64,000 bases of DNA from Galbibacter sp. (lineage in GTDB: Bacteria; Bacteroidota; Bacteroidia; Flavobacteriales; Flavobacteriaceae): contig NZ_JBLWZP010000010.1 in the NCBI RefSeq assembly GCF_048266365.1, positions 50,459 through 114,458 of the forward strand, written 5' to 3'. Below are positions 63,575 through 64,000 of the stretch, piece after piece (within the stretch, counting starts at the first letter, position 1; every line of letters starts with the position of its first letter). Below the pieces are notes generated by a model. That model saw only the letters and a list, made by a program, of their open reading frames with translations, had not been told where the DNA came from and did not search any database. The position numbers and the translations under genes were made by a program.

Positions 63575-64000
63575 TTAAGAATTAATAAATATTTTAATGG
63601 CTTGCTCCATATTATTATGCTTTTCATAGAGCTTCATTATTTCTTCGCTCTCTCGTCCATCAGTTAAGTAGGCAGCAAAGACTTCTGGTGGTACTTCCAA
63701 TCGGAAAATGTTGCTTTCCTTTCCAATTTTGATAAACATTTCGGTATATTTTCTTGTTCCTGTAAGGTTGTTCCGAATGGATTTTAACTGGTTTAAATCG
63801 TGACTGGAAAGGTTGAGCCTGCTTTTTAATTCGGCATAGCCTTTTTCATTGCGAAGGCTGTATATGACCTGTGTGTTTTCCAGAATACTTGCCGATGTTG
63901 AATTAGTAGGCAACTGGTTTATGGATTGCAGTATAATCCCAATTGCTCCATTCTGTTTTCTAATGGCTTGGTAGTAGAATTCTACACTTTCGAGTACATT
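63575..64000 (-). CDS. traG: TraG-family (VirB4-like) conjugation ATPase, C-terminal part only
   Basis: By my own translation the frame stays open upstream of the tracked TTG at 63913 to the window edge (...FYYQAIRKQNGAIGIILQSINQLPTNSTSASILENTQ...). This C-terminal sequence is typical of CTn TraG. Confidence 0.75.
   Translation of the reverse strand, partial: NVLESVEFYYQAIRKQNGAIGIILQSINQLPTNSTSASILENTQVIYSLRNEKGYAELKSRLNLSSHDLNQLKSIRNNLTGTRKYTEMFIKIGKESNIFRLEVPPEVFAAYLTDGRESEEIMKLYEKHNNMEQAIKIFINS

Larger units (their letters stand above)
56620..64000. mobile_element. left end of a Bacteroidota CTn-type integrative conjugative element inserted next to tRNA-Pro; continues beyond the window
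   Basis: Tyrosine integrase directly 3' of a tRNA, accessory genes, and a minus-strand traG/I/J/K/M/N block. The exact att boundary was not determined. Confidence 0.8.

Overview
This window looks like a chromosomal segment from a Bacteroidota genome, probably class Flavobacteriia. The inference rests on SusC/SusD pairs, TAnnTTTG-type -7 boxes, CTn-type tra genes and an ATP-cone NrdB. All calls come from reading the ORF translations and the DNA by eye; no searches were run.

Layout:
- 1-13.2 kb: the conserved tRNA-Thr / tuf / tRNA-Trp / secE-nusG / rplKAJL / rpoBC block, followed by a DUF3467-like gene.
- 13.3-25.7 kb: housekeeping genes (truA, ABC exporter, cdaA-folP, tpiA, prmA, clpS) and a sulfur-handling cluster (DUF2892, MBL-rhodanese fusion, split YeeE/YedE) that ends at tRNA-Arg.
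- 25.7-35.1 kb: an ORF-free 635-bp stretch, an Rnk/GreA-like gene, a beta-propeller/Y_Y_Y/LuxR one-component regulator, and a SusC/SusD pair with no enzymes.
- 35.3-40.3 kb: an ABC exporter and an nrdB-nrdA operon in which the ATP-cone sits on NrdB.
- 41.0-52.1 kb: a second PUL (SusC/SusD, S1 sulfatase, GH2 beta-galactosidase) with a convergent Tat-signal Gfo/Idh/MocA oxidoreductase.
- 52.2-56.6 kb: NlpC/P60 peptidase, thiolase, 7TM-HD phosphohydrolase, tRNA-Ser and tRNA-Pro.
- 56.6-64.0 kb: the left end of an integrative conjugative element inserted beside tRNA-Pro. It carries an integrase, an ORF6N protein, a CDF transporter and TraN/M/K/J/I-like/G, and runs off the window.

I did not find a convincing novel multi-gene system. 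The best second-look items are the ATP-cone-NrdB ribonucleotide reductase (a described but unusual class), the ICE, an NlpC/P60 peptidase whose catalytic Cys codon reads Ser, the enzyme-less PUL with a kinase-less Y_Y_Y-LuxR sensor, and the unregulated sulfatase/GH2 PUL behind a 676-bp AT-rich leader. No CRISPR array, rRNA or IS element was seen.
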